This document shows, piece by piece, positions 49,783-57,948 of a DNA stretch of 64,000 nucleotides. The position numbers and the translations under genes are program-made. Every line of letters starts with the position of its first letter. The stretch's first letter is position 1. The stretch comes from an uncultured bacterium (GTDB lineage Bacteria; Hydrothermota; UBA3073; NMUJ01; CBEVQO01), in NCBI GenBank assembly GCA_965552055.1, contig CBEVQO010000003.1, positions 206,381 to 270,380 on the forward strand. The letters run 5' to 3'. Under the pieces are notes generated by a model. The model did not search any database, had not been told where the DNA came from, and saw only the letters and a program-made list of their open reading frames with translations.

Positions 49783-49883
49783 TTAAAAAGGAGGGTAAGA
49801 TGAAGGGAAAAATTTGTGGGGTGGTGCTCGGCGTATTAACCGCAGTAGCCACGCACTCACAGCAACCTCGATGGTACTTCTAT
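49782..49883 (+). repeat. 102-bp identical direct repeat, copy 2
   Basis: Identical to 48514-48615. Confidence 0.92.
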
Positions 49884-50718
49884 TTGGGAAAAGTGGGAGC
49901 GGGAGTTGGATGGGGGTATAGCTACGACTCTGACTTGGGATCGTATTGGTCACCTTTTAATATCCACATTGGTGGTCCAGAGATTGGTTTCTTTAAAGGA
50001 AAATTGGGATTAGGCTTAGGCACCCTAGAACTATACTGGATAGGAAAAAATGAAGCGGGATGTGGTTTATTCGTGCCAGTGAAATTCTTTTATACGCAAC
50101 TTTTAAAAGGAAACTTGATCGTCTATGAAACAAGTATAGGTATTCCTGTAGGTGGATTAATCAACTTAAAAGGAGCGATCAGATATGTTTTTGTACCCTT
50201 TCCGTTAGAGACGAACTGGCACATAGGCTGTTATTATTTTCAAATGGAGTGGTGGGATGAGTGGGAAGTATGGGGCTTTTCAACCGCCTTGAATTTAACT
50301 ATCGGGGCAGGTTGGTGGTTCAAAAAATTTCCTTGGGAAAGAAAAGCCCCAACCCAATCAACTCGTCCTTGACATCAATTTTGTAGATGAGGATAAAGAT
50401 GGCAAACTTGAGCCAGGTGATAGAGCTTACCTCAAGGTGAATGTCACAAACAAACTCAGAAAATCATCACCTTCCGTAAAACTCGTGGTAGATGTATTAT
50501 CACAGGATTACAAAGATGAAGTCGAATTCGGTAAAGTAAAAACAAAAAAGATAAAAGGATGGGAAATACAAACCTATCAGATACCCATAAGGGTAAGTCC
50601 ATTCATCCATACAGGTCAGCTACACATAAAAGTAAAAGCACTATTCGGCAAAAAAGTAATAGCAGAAAGAGAATTACTAATACTCGTAATGGGCAAATCC
50701 GAAATATACAAAAGATAA
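49800..50718 (+). pseudogene. putative outer-membrane protein split by a +1 frameshift near 50322-50340 (S4)
   Basis: ORF 49800-50372 stops; +1 frame reads EKPQPNQLVLDINFVDEDKDGKLEPGD...MGKSEIYKR, the shared C-terminal domain. Confidence 0.8.
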
Positions 50719-50723
50719 TCTGA

Positions 50724-51443
50724 TTAATATTCTCTTGGTTTGAAACCTTCAGGAACATCCAATCTCATTACATTGTCAGATACTCTGAAAAGATAAAGCC
50801 CGTTTTTTAAAATATAGTTATCAACTCCTTTTTCATAATTTACAGCCGATACAAATCCTATTATTTTATATTCTTTATAGCGTGGTATTTTTCTTATCTT
50901 CTGCAATCTTTCTATGTGCTCTCTTACATCATCGGATGTGCATGTTGTTTTGGCTTCACCTGCTATTATGTATTTTTTGCCATTAAAAACTGCTTCAATC
51001 CAGTTATCTACCTCTGCTACTTTTCTATTGTCATCAAAAACCCCCTGCCTGATACTTGCTTCGAGTATTTTAAACCCCATTTTTTTAAATGTTTCGAGTG
51101 CAGAAGGAAAAACTATCCCCTCAACAAATCTACCATAGCCATCAGAAACAGCTTCTATCCGCTCTCTTAATTTTTTGTCAGATATATGCATCTCACGAAT
51201 TATCCTCTTAAACTCTTCATGCGTCTCTCTCTGTATCTTTCTTAATTGCTCATCGGTTTTCTCCTGTCTTTCGCGCAATTTCTCTATCTTTTCATCTGTG
51301 TTTCTCAATTGCTCATCGGTCTTCTCCTGCCTCTCACGCAATTTCTCTATACTTTCACGGAGAGCCCGGGTCTCCCTCTCCGACTGCTCCTGCCTCTCTA
51401 TCAATTTTCTCAGCGCCTCCCAGAATTTTTCTTCTGCATTCAT
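50724..51443 (-). CDS. coiled-coil + PD-(D/E)XK-like nuclease domain protein
   Basis: AEEKFWEAL N-terminus, heptad repeats, EVD....GEAK motif. Confidence 0.7.
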   Translation of the reverse strand: MNAEEKFWEALRKLIERQEQSERETRALRESIEKLRERQEKTDEQLRNTDEKIEKLRERQEKTDEQLRKIQRETHEEFKRIIREMHISDKKLRERIEAVSDGYGRFVEGIVFPSALETFKKMGFKILEASIRQGVFDDNRKVAEVDNWIEAVFNGKKYIIAGEAKTTCTSDDVREHIERLQKIRKIPRYKEYKIIGFVSAVNYEKGVDNYILKNGLYLFRVSDNVMRLDVPEGFKPREY

Positions 51444-52232
51444 TTAATACTCCTTTGGTTTGAAACCTTCAGGAACATCCAATCTCATTACATTGTCAGA
51501 TACTCTGAAAAGATAAAGCCCGTTTTTTAAAATATAGTTATCAACTCCTTTTTCATAATTTACAGCCGATACAAATCCTATTATTTTATATTCTTTATAG
51601 CGTGGTATTTTTCTTATCTTCTGCAATCTTTCTATGTGCTCTCTTACATCATCGGATGTGCATGTTGTTTTGGCTTCACCTGCTATTATGTATTTTTTGC
51701 CATTAAATGTTGCCCTTATCCAGTTATCTACCTCTGCTACTTTTCTATTATCATCAAAAACCCCCTGCCTGATACTTGCTTCGAGTATTTTAAAGCCCAT
51801 TTTTCTAAATGTTTCGAGTGCAGAAGGAAAAACTATTCCCTCAACAAATCTACCATAGCCATCAGAAATAGCTTCTACCCGCTCTCTTAATTTTTTGTCA
51901 GATATATGCATCTCACGAATTATCCTCTTAAATTCCTCGTGCGTCTCTTTCTGTATCCTTCTTAATTCCTCATCCGTTCTCCTCAATTGCTCATCAGTTT
52001 TCTCCTGTCTTTCGCGCAATTTCTCTATCTTTTCGTCTGTGCTTCTCAATTGCTCATCAGTTTTCTCCTGTCTTTCGCGCAATTTCTCTATCTTTTCGTC
52101 TGTGCTTCTCAATTGCTCATCAGTTTTCTCCTGTCTTTCCCGCAATCTTTCTATTGCTTTCTCATTTTGTTCCTGCCTCTCTATCAATTTTCTCAGCGCC
52201 TCCCAGAATTTTTCTTCTGCACTTTTACCCAT
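51444..52232 (-). CDS. coiled-coil + PD-(D/E)XK-like nuclease domain protein (tandem duplicate)
   Basis: C-terminal ~170 aa nearly identical to 50724-51443 at a 720-bp offset. Confidence 0.7.
   Translation of the reverse strand: MGKSAEEKFWEALRKLIERQEQNEKAIERLRERQEKTDEQLRSTDEKIEKLRERQEKTDEQLRSTDEKIEKLRERQEKTDEQLRRTDEELRRIQKETHEEFKRIIREMHISDKKLRERVEAISDGYGRFVEGIVFPSALETFRKMGFKILEASIRQGVFDDNRKVAEVDNWIRATFNGKKYIIAGEAKTTCTSDDVREHIERLQKIRKIPRYKEYKIIGFVSAVNYEKGVDNYILKNGLYLFRVSDNVMRLDVPEGFKPKEY
51966..52154 (-). repeat. 63-bp intragenic tandem repeat x3 (IEKLRERQEKTDEQLRSTDEK)
   Basis: Visible in DNA and protein. Confidence 0.9.
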
Positions 52233-52237
52233 CACTG

Positions 52238-52264
52238 ATTATAAGCGAAAATAGAAAATGTCAA
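52238..52264 (-). promoter_or_regulatory. promoter, leaderless (divergent pair)
   Basis: Minus strand TTGACA-15bp-TATAAT, ATG 5 nt downstream. Confidence 0.65.
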
Positions 52265-52276
52265 GTAAGTATTTAC

Positions 52277-52303
52277 TTGACAAATCTAAAAATCCGCTAA
52301 AAT
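52277..52303 (+). promoter_or_regulatory. promoter (divergent pair)
   Basis: TTGACA-15bp-TAAAAT. Confidence 0.6.
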
Positions 52304-52317
52304 AATCAAGGGGTGTT

Positions 52318-53178
52318 ATGAAGATTGAACTTACAAAAGAACAGGTGATAAAAATAATAGAAGAAGAACTACCGAAGATAATAGAGCGTCATCCAGAGGT
52401 GAAAGCAAAATTGGTAGAAGTGCTGGAAGAGAAAATGGCAACAAAAGAAGATATAAAAATGCTGATAGAACAAATCGAAAAGAATCGCCAGGAATCAAAC
52501 AAAAGATTCGAACAGCTGATAAAAGAAATGAACAAACGCTTCGAAGAAATAAATCAACGATTCGAAGAAATGCGAGAGGATACTAATAAGAGATTTGAAG
52601 AAACTAATGAAAGATTCGAGCAACTGATAAAAGAAATGAACAAACGCTTCGAAGAGGTAAATCGACGATTTGAAGAAATGCGAAAAGATACAGATAAAAG
52701 ATTTGAAGAAATTAGAAAAGAGTTTAATGAGAGATTCGAGCAACTTACAAAGGGGATGAGGGATGGATTTAAAAAATTAAGCGATACCATATCTGCAGTG
52801 GGTTCAAGATGGAGTATATTCTCGGAGCGCGCCTTCAGAGATGCGATGTCGGATTTGTTGAAAAAACTCGGACTTGATAAAGCAGAAAAATGGGTAGAAC
52901 TCGACGAAGAAGGAATTGTATTCGGACATCCATCAATGGTAGAAGTTGATCTGCTTATAAAAAATAATGTGCATTATCTTATTGAAGTAAAAAGCAGTGT
53001 TTCAGAAGGTGATGCCATAAAATTGAAAAATATAGGTGAACTTTACGAGAAAAAGACAAAAGTAAAGCCACAACTTGTTTTCGTTACACCATTTATGAGA
53101 GAAAAAGCAAAAATTCTCTGTAAAAAATATGGAATAAAATACTATGTGGGTATAGTAGAGCCAGAAGAGGAGGGCTGA
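52318..53178 (+). CDS. DUF3782/DUF1626-like coiled-coil PD-(D/E)XK nuclease protein
   Basis: ATKEDI, NKRFEE repeats (108-bp unit), VG.RW..SE.AFR, EVDLLI...IEVKSS. Confidence 0.75.
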   Translation: MKIELTKEQVIKIIEEELPKIIERHPEVKAKLVEVLEEKMATKEDIKMLIEQIEKNRQESNKRFEQLIKEMNKRFEEINQRFEEMREDTNKRFEETNERFEQLIKEMNKRFEEVNRRFEEMRKDTDKRFEEIRKEFNERFEQLTKGMRDGFKKLSDTISAVGSRWSIFSERAFRDAMSDLLKKLGLDKAEKWVELDEEGIVFGHPSMVEVDLLIKNNVHYLIEVKSSVSEGDAIKLKNIGELYEKKTKVKPQLVFVTPFMREKAKILCKKYGIKYYVGIVEPEEEG

Positions 53179-54611
53179 TGCTAATTTTTTTAATATTTGC
53201 AACTCAAATAAGATTGCCTTATCCTGTGAACACATCTGCAAACGAGATGACGCCAGTGATTTCTGCCGATGGAAAGAGCATTTATTTTACATCGGATAGA
53301 AAAGGCGGAATGGGGATGGAAGATGTATGGGTATCACGGCTTATAGGTGGCAAATGGAGAGAACCTGTGAATCTTTCGCACATAAATACTCCTTTTTCGG
53401 ATGGGGCTGTATCCGTTACCGCCGACGAAAGACAGATGTATTTTGCGAGCTCAGGTAGGGCTGGCTTCGGTCAATCCGACATCTTCGTATGCTACAAAAA
53501 AGATAGAGGATGGTCAGCGCCTCAAAATCTGGGCTACCCCGTAAATACTCCTGGATGGGAATCACAACCATCAATTTCTGCTGACGGCAGATACCTTTAT
53601 TTCATCTCAACAAGACCGGGAGGATTTGGTGGCACGGATATATGGGTAAGTAAGCGCACAGAAAAAGGCTGGTCAGAGCCAGAGAATCTTGGTCCTGGTG
53701 TGAACTCGCCTTACGATGAGCAATCGCCTTTTATAGCACCAGATGGAATAACCCTTTATTTTGCATCAAACAGACCCGGTGGCTTCGGCGGATATGATAT
53801 TTATCGTGCAGTGAAAACAAAAGATGGCTTCACACAGGCACAAAATCTCGGTCCAGAAATCAACACACCTTACGACGATATATGCTTCTCTGTACCAGGT
53901 AGGGGCGACATCATATACATCGCAAGAGAAGAAAAAGGCAATTACGATATCTTTTACATGAAGTTACCAGAGAAAATGAGAATCGAGCGGGCAGTAACCA
54001 TTGTAGCAGGTAAATTAACAGACAAAGAAACAGGCAAGCCAATAAAGGGTGGAAAAGTAACGATAATAAATCTCGAAACAGGTGAAAAGTTTGAAACAGT
54101 TACAGATGAATCGGGCAAATATAAATTTGCATTGCCAGCAGGTGGAAGATATTCTGTATCAATTCAGGCAGATGGATATTTGTTTACATCAACTTATCTT
54201 GATTTGAAAGATAAAAAGAGTTACGAAGAATTAATGGAGAAAAGTGTTCTCGCACCTATAAAGAAGGGTGAGAAGATAATTTTGCGTAATATTTTCTTTG
54301 ATTTCGATTCTTATGAGCTTAAGCCGGAGTCAAAGTATGAGCTTGACCGTCTTATAAGGATAATGAAGGAGCACAAAAGTATGGTGGTGGAGATAGCCGG
54401 TCATACAGATGACATAGGCACAGAAGAATATAATCTCAGGTTATCCCAGAAGCGTGCGGAAGCTGTTAAGCAATATCTTGTTGAGCATGGCATAGAGCCA
54501 CAAAGGATAATAGCAAAGGGCTACGGCAAGAGCCAGCCACTGATAGCCGATACAACAGAAGAAGCACGCGCACTAAATCGCCGTGTAGAATTCAAAATTT
54601 TAAAATATTGA
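53178..54611 (+). CDS. PD40 propeller + carboxypeptidase-regulatory-like + OmpA C-terminal protein (PorE-like, S5)
   Basis: P.ISADG..LYF.S.R.GG.G..DIW repeats; IFFDFDS, GHTD, NLRLSQKRA, NRRVEF. Confidence 0.88.
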   Translation: MLIFLIFATQIRLPYPVNTSANEMTPVISADGKSIYFTSDRKGGMGMEDVWVSRLIGGKWREPVNLSHINTPFSDGAVSVTADERQMYFASSGRAGFGQSDIFVCYKKDRGWSAPQNLGYPVNTPGWESQPSISADGRYLYFISTRPGGFGGTDIWVSKRTEKGWSEPENLGPGVNSPYDEQSPFIAPDGITLYFASNRPGGFGGYDIYRAVKTKDGFTQAQNLGPEINTPYDDICFSVPGRGDIIYIAREEKGNYDIFYMKLPEKMRIERAVTIVAGKLTDKETGKPIKGGKVTIINLETGEKFETVTDESGKYKFALPAGGRYSVSIQADGYLFTSTYLDLKDKKSYEELMEKSVLAPIKKGEKIILRNIFFDFDSYELKPESKYELDRLIRIMKEHKSMVVEIAGHTDDIGTEEYNLRLSQKRAEAVKQYLVEHGIEPQRIIAKGYGKSQPLIADTTEEARALNRRVEFKILKY

Positions 54612-54696
54612 CTTGACAGAACAGATAAAGGAGTAAAATATGAATGATGAAAGTGTATAAGTTTATATCAAAGATAGAAAAAGACGGAACGATTAA
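54249..54696 (+). repeat. 448-bp identical direct repeat copy 1 (OmpA domain + promoter + antitoxin 5' end)
   Basis: Matches 56627-57074, offset 2378 bp. Confidence 0.92.
54613..54639 (+). promoter_or_regulatory. TA operon promoter (duplicated at 56991-57017)
   Basis: TTGACA-15bp-TAAAAT, ATG within 5-8 nt. Confidence 0.6.
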
Positions 54697-54859
54697 AATT
54701 CCAGATGAGATGAAAAATTTAATCGAACATGAAGTTGAAATTACAATAATAGACCGTAAAGACGAAGATGTAATTGAAAAAACGAAAGGTACCATTAAAA
54801 ATTTATCGGTGGAGATTATTAAAAAGATTGCAGAAAGTGAGGACTATTGCGGATATTAA
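54647..54859 (+). CDS. putative antitoxin (AbrB-like N-terminus)
   Basis: Small; I.KDG.I.IP motif; overlaps the PIN gene. Confidence 0.65.
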   Translation: MKVYKFISKIEKDGTIKIPDEMKNLIEHEVEITIIDRKDEDVIEKTKGTIKNLSVEIIKKIAESEDYCGY

Positions 54860-55349
54860 TGCAATTCCATCAGGCATCCAAGTTTTTATTGACGCCAATA
54901 TCTTTATTTATCATTTTGCAGGAATTTCTCAGCAATGTACTGACTTTCTAAGACGAATTCAACGCCAAGAAATTAAAGGAGTAATCTCTGTTCTTACCGT
55001 GGCAGAATTAATTCACCGAAGAATGATAGCAGAAGCAATAGAAAAAGGGTTAGTTACTTTGAAAAATGCGGTGAAAAAGATGAAAGAAAATCCGGAGATT
55101 GTAAAGCGATTGACACAATATTCCGAAGATATAAGAATTATTCTTTCTTTACCCATTGAAATTGAAAATTTAACAAAGGATGATGTCCTTTTGAGTGCAG
55201 AAATACGCCGAAAGTACGGTTTACTAACGAATGATTCTTTAAATTTGGCTTTAATGAAACGCCTTGGTATTAGAAATATTGCTACAAGAGATATCGATTT
55301 TGAAAGAGTGAAGGAGATAAATGTTTGGAAACCTACTGATATAAAATAG
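54837..55349 (+). CDS. PIN-domain (VapC-like) toxin
   Basis: VFIDANIF, AEL, LLTNDS, IATRD.DF; start uncertain. Confidence 0.88.
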   Translation: MRTIADINAIPSGIQVFIDANIFIYHFAGISQQCTDFLRRIQRQEIKGVISVLTVAELIHRRMIAEAIEKGLVTLKNAVKKMKENPEIVKRLTQYSEDIRIILSLPIEIENLTKDDVLLSAEIRRKYGLLTNDSLNLALMKRLGIRNIATRDIDFERVKEINVWKPTDIK

Positions 55350-55370
55350 GAGGGGGTATGAGGTGGTGTG
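55344..55370 (+). repeat. 27-nt leader repeat copy 3
   Basis: Contains the TAG stop of the PIN gene. Confidence 0.9.
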
Positions 55371-56989
55371 CTTTGATGTTTATATTAAATGCACTAAAGT
55401 TTCATTATGAGCCGATTTATAGGATTACGCCTATAAAAATCCCTGCTTCCTTGCAGATAATAGTAAAGAAATTCTGCGAAAACTATGAAACAAAGGGATG
55501 GACAAAAAAGTATAAGAATTTGAAGGACGAAATAAAACAAACAGTAGAAGCTGACCTTAAGAAAACGGTCTTTAAAAGAGTTTCTCCTCGAGGATTTTTA
55601 TTATGTAATTTAATTTTTGATACAATATATTTCAAAGGAAATGAAATGCATCTCGGTGTAGGTTCTAAAGGTGCAGATATAAAGGCAGGATGTGTATTAA
55701 ATGCTACAATAAAAATGTTTAACCAAACTATTATTTGCACATCAATCAAAAGGGAAATAAGTTTTAGAAAAATCTTATCCCCCACAGAGAATTTATTTAA
55801 TGTTTTAATTACAGACAATCCAGTAGAAATTGTTGTTAGAGGCGCACTCGACGAATTAAAATGGATAATAGAAAAAAATAGGATAAAAATTTCAAAATTT
55901 TCTTTAAAAGAAGGAGAAGAAGATTATTTGAAAGAAGATTCACATTTAATAGATTTAACAGGACAAAGTATCGCTATATTAAAAGCAGGCACGAAGATAA
56001 AAATCATTAAATTATCCGATAAATTCGTCTATGTTAATTCACCAAAAGGCAAAGGATATGTCGAGAGCAAAAATATAAGTCCTTTTAGAGTAGATAAAAC
56101 TCCACCTGTGATAAGATTATTTGAGAGAAAAATTGAAGATGCTTATCTTTACCTTAAAGGAATCGTGCTTGATGATAACAAAGTAAAGGAAGTAAAGATT
56201 GACACTATTACAGTTCCAAAGTCTACATTTGAAGTAAGTTCTGGGATTTATGAAGATGTATATCCTTTTGAATATAGGTGCTTTGTTTTTCCCACAAAAA
56301 AGACCTTTACTATTATAGCAGAAGATACCGCCGGTAATAAAAGCGAATTAACATTTTATCTATCTGAAATAATTCAAAAGAAAACAGGCAGAATTATAGA
56401 TAAGAATACACAAAAACCTATCTCAAATGCCAAAATAGTGATACGGAATCTTGAAACGGGAGAAAAATTCGTAACTTATACAAATGAAAAAGGGGAATAT
56501 TCTCTTTCGCTTCCTCCGGGTGGTAAATACTCTGTGTCTATTGAAGCCAAAGGATATGTTTTTAGTTCGTCTTTCGTTGATTTAAAAGATAAGAAATCAT
56601 ATTATAATTTAATGGAAGATATCGCACTCGCACCTATAAAGAAGGGTGAGAAGATAATTTTGCGTAATATTTTCTTTGATTTCGATTCTTATGAGCTTAA
56701 GCCGGAGTCAAAGTATGAGCTTGACCGTCTTATAAGGATAATGAAGGAGCACAAAAGTATGGTGGTGGAGATAGCCGGTCATACAGATGACATAGGCACA
56801 GAAGAATATAATCTCAGGTTATCCCAGAAGCGTGCGGAAGCTGTTAAGCAATATCTTGTTGAGCATGGCATAGAGCCACAAAGGATAATAGCAAAGGGCT
56901 ACGGCAAGAGCCAGCCACTGATAGCCGATACAACAGAAGAAGCACGCGCACTAAATCGCCGTGTAGAATTCAAAATTTTAAAATATTGA
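55358..56989 (+). CDS. secreted multidomain protein: SH3-like, Ig-like, carboxypeptidase-regulatory-like, OmpA (S6)
   Basis: MRWC leader; LKAGTKIKI...KGYV, DKTPPVI...AEDTAGN; OmpA domain identical to S5. Confidence 0.75.
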   Translation: MRWCALMFILNALKFHYEPIYRITPIKIPASLQIIVKKFCENYETKGWTKKYKNLKDEIKQTVEADLKKTVFKRVSPRGFLLCNLIFDTIYFKGNEMHLGVGSKGADIKAGCVLNATIKMFNQTIICTSIKREISFRKILSPTENLFNVLITDNPVEIVVRGALDELKWIIEKNRIKISKFSLKEGEEDYLKEDSHLIDLTGQSIAILKAGTKIKIIKLSDKFVYVNSPKGKGYVESKNISPFRVDKTPPVIRLFERKIEDAYLYLKGIVLDDNKVKEVKIDTITVPKSTFEVSSGIYEDVYPFEYRCFVFPTKKTFTIIAEDTAGNKSELTFYLSEIIQKKTGRIIDKNTQKPISNAKIVIRNLETGEKFVTYTNEKGEYSLSLPPGGKYSVSIEAKGYVFSSSFVDLKDKKSYYNLMEDIALAPIKKGEKIILRNIFFDFDSYELKPESKYELDRLIRIMKEHKSMVVEIAGHTDDIGTEEYNLRLSQKRAEAVKQYLVEHGIEPQRIIAKGYGKSQPLIADTTEEARALNRRVEFKILKY

Positions 56990-57074
56990 CTTGACAGAAC
57001 AGATAAAGGAGTAAAATATGAATGATGAAAGTGTATAAGTTTATATCAAAGATAGAAAAAGACGGAACGATTAA
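56627..57074 (+). repeat. 448-bp identical direct repeat copy 2
   Basis: Matches 54249-54696. Confidence 0.92.
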
Positions 57075-57375
57075 GGCGGTGTACGACGAAGCACTGGCAG
57101 AAATAAAAAGAATGATTATGGATATTTTTAAAGAGGAAAAAGTTACCGTTTTTTTATTTGGCTCCCGCGCTACAAATAGAGCTTCGCCCTTTTCGGATAT
57201 TGACATTGGAATAATATCCACAAATAAAGATACCGATAAATTGCTTGCATTGTTAAGAGAAAGAATAGAGAATTCTAATATTCCTTATAAAGTGGATGTG
57301 GTTAACCTGCAGAATACTTCTGAAAAGTTCAGAAAAGAAGCACTGAAGGGGGCTAAAATTCTATGGAAAAATTAA
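57025..57375 (+). CDS. minimal nucleotidyltransferase (MNT) antitoxin with N-terminus shared with the upstream antitoxin
   Basis: LFGSRA....SDIDIG, VDVV. Confidence 0.85.
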   Translation: MKVYKFISKIEKDGTIKAVYDEALAEIKRMIMDIFKEEKVTVFLFGSRATNRASPFSDIDIGIISTNKDTDKLLALLRERIENSNIPYKVDVVNLQNTSEKFRKEALKGAKILWKN

Positions 57376-57755
57376 AAAGAAAAATAGAGGAAACAAAGCG
57401 CGCTTTGAAAACATTGGAAGAAATTTTAAATGAACCTTATTCAGTAATAGTGAGAGACGCAACAATACAAAGATTTGAATACACTTTTGAAGTATTTTGG
57501 AAAACAATTAGAGAATACTTGCGAGAACATGAGGGCATAGTCCGCAATTCCCCAAAATCATGTTTTAGAGAAGCGATGAATGTGGGACTTATGGATGAAG
57601 AGCAAACAATAAAATGTTTAGAAATGACCGACGATAGGAATCTTACCTCGCATACTTATATCGAAGAAGTTGCAGAAAGAATTTATGGAAAGATAAAAGA
57701 ATACTACTCATTAATGACCGCTATCGTGAATTTGATTTCTGAAAAAGTCTTTTGA
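57363..57755 (+). CDS. HEPN-superfamily nucleotidyltransferase substrate-binding protein (HI0074-like)
   Basis: RDATIQRFEYTFE, SPK.CFRE, RNLTSH (Rx4H). Confidence 0.88.
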   Translation: MEKLKRKIEETKRALKTLEEILNEPYSVIVRDATIQRFEYTFEVFWKTIREYLREHEGIVRNSPKSCFREAMNVGLMDEEQTIKCLEMTDDRNLTSHTYIEEVAERIYGKIKEYYSLMTAIVNLISEKVF

Positions 57756-57789
57756 TTGATTTTAATTAGCAAGAAGTAAAATTTTACCC

Positions 57790-57831
57790 TTGACATAGCA
57801 GGTAATTGATTACAATAAAGGATGAAAAGTG
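57790..57831 (+). pseudogene. relic promoter + first codons of a coiled-coil nuclease paralog
   Basis: ttgacatagcaggtaattgattacaataaaggatgaaaagtg resembles 58969 ttgacataacagagtatcgattacaataaaagatgaagagtg. Confidence 0.6.
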
Positions 57832-57921
57832 ATGCTAAAAGAGAAAGAGTGGGGATATGTGATTCCACTTGACCTTAAGAAGGAATATGGGAGTAAGGCT
57901 ACCCGTAAAAATAAAAGTAAG

Positions 57922-57948
57922 AAATAGGAGGGGGTATGAGGTGGTGTG
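57922..57948 (+). repeat. 27-nt leader repeat copy 4
   Basis: Same core sequence. Confidence 0.9.

Noticed and set aside
44955..57074. Diversity-generating retroelement (TR/VR pairs)
   Set aside because: No reverse transcriptase; the 102- and 448-bp repeats are identical, and paralog differences do not look adenine-restricted.
45607..57948. 27-nt leader repeats as a CRISPR array
   Set aside because: Spacing is 0.9-9 kb, repeats overlap gene starts, and no cas genes are present.
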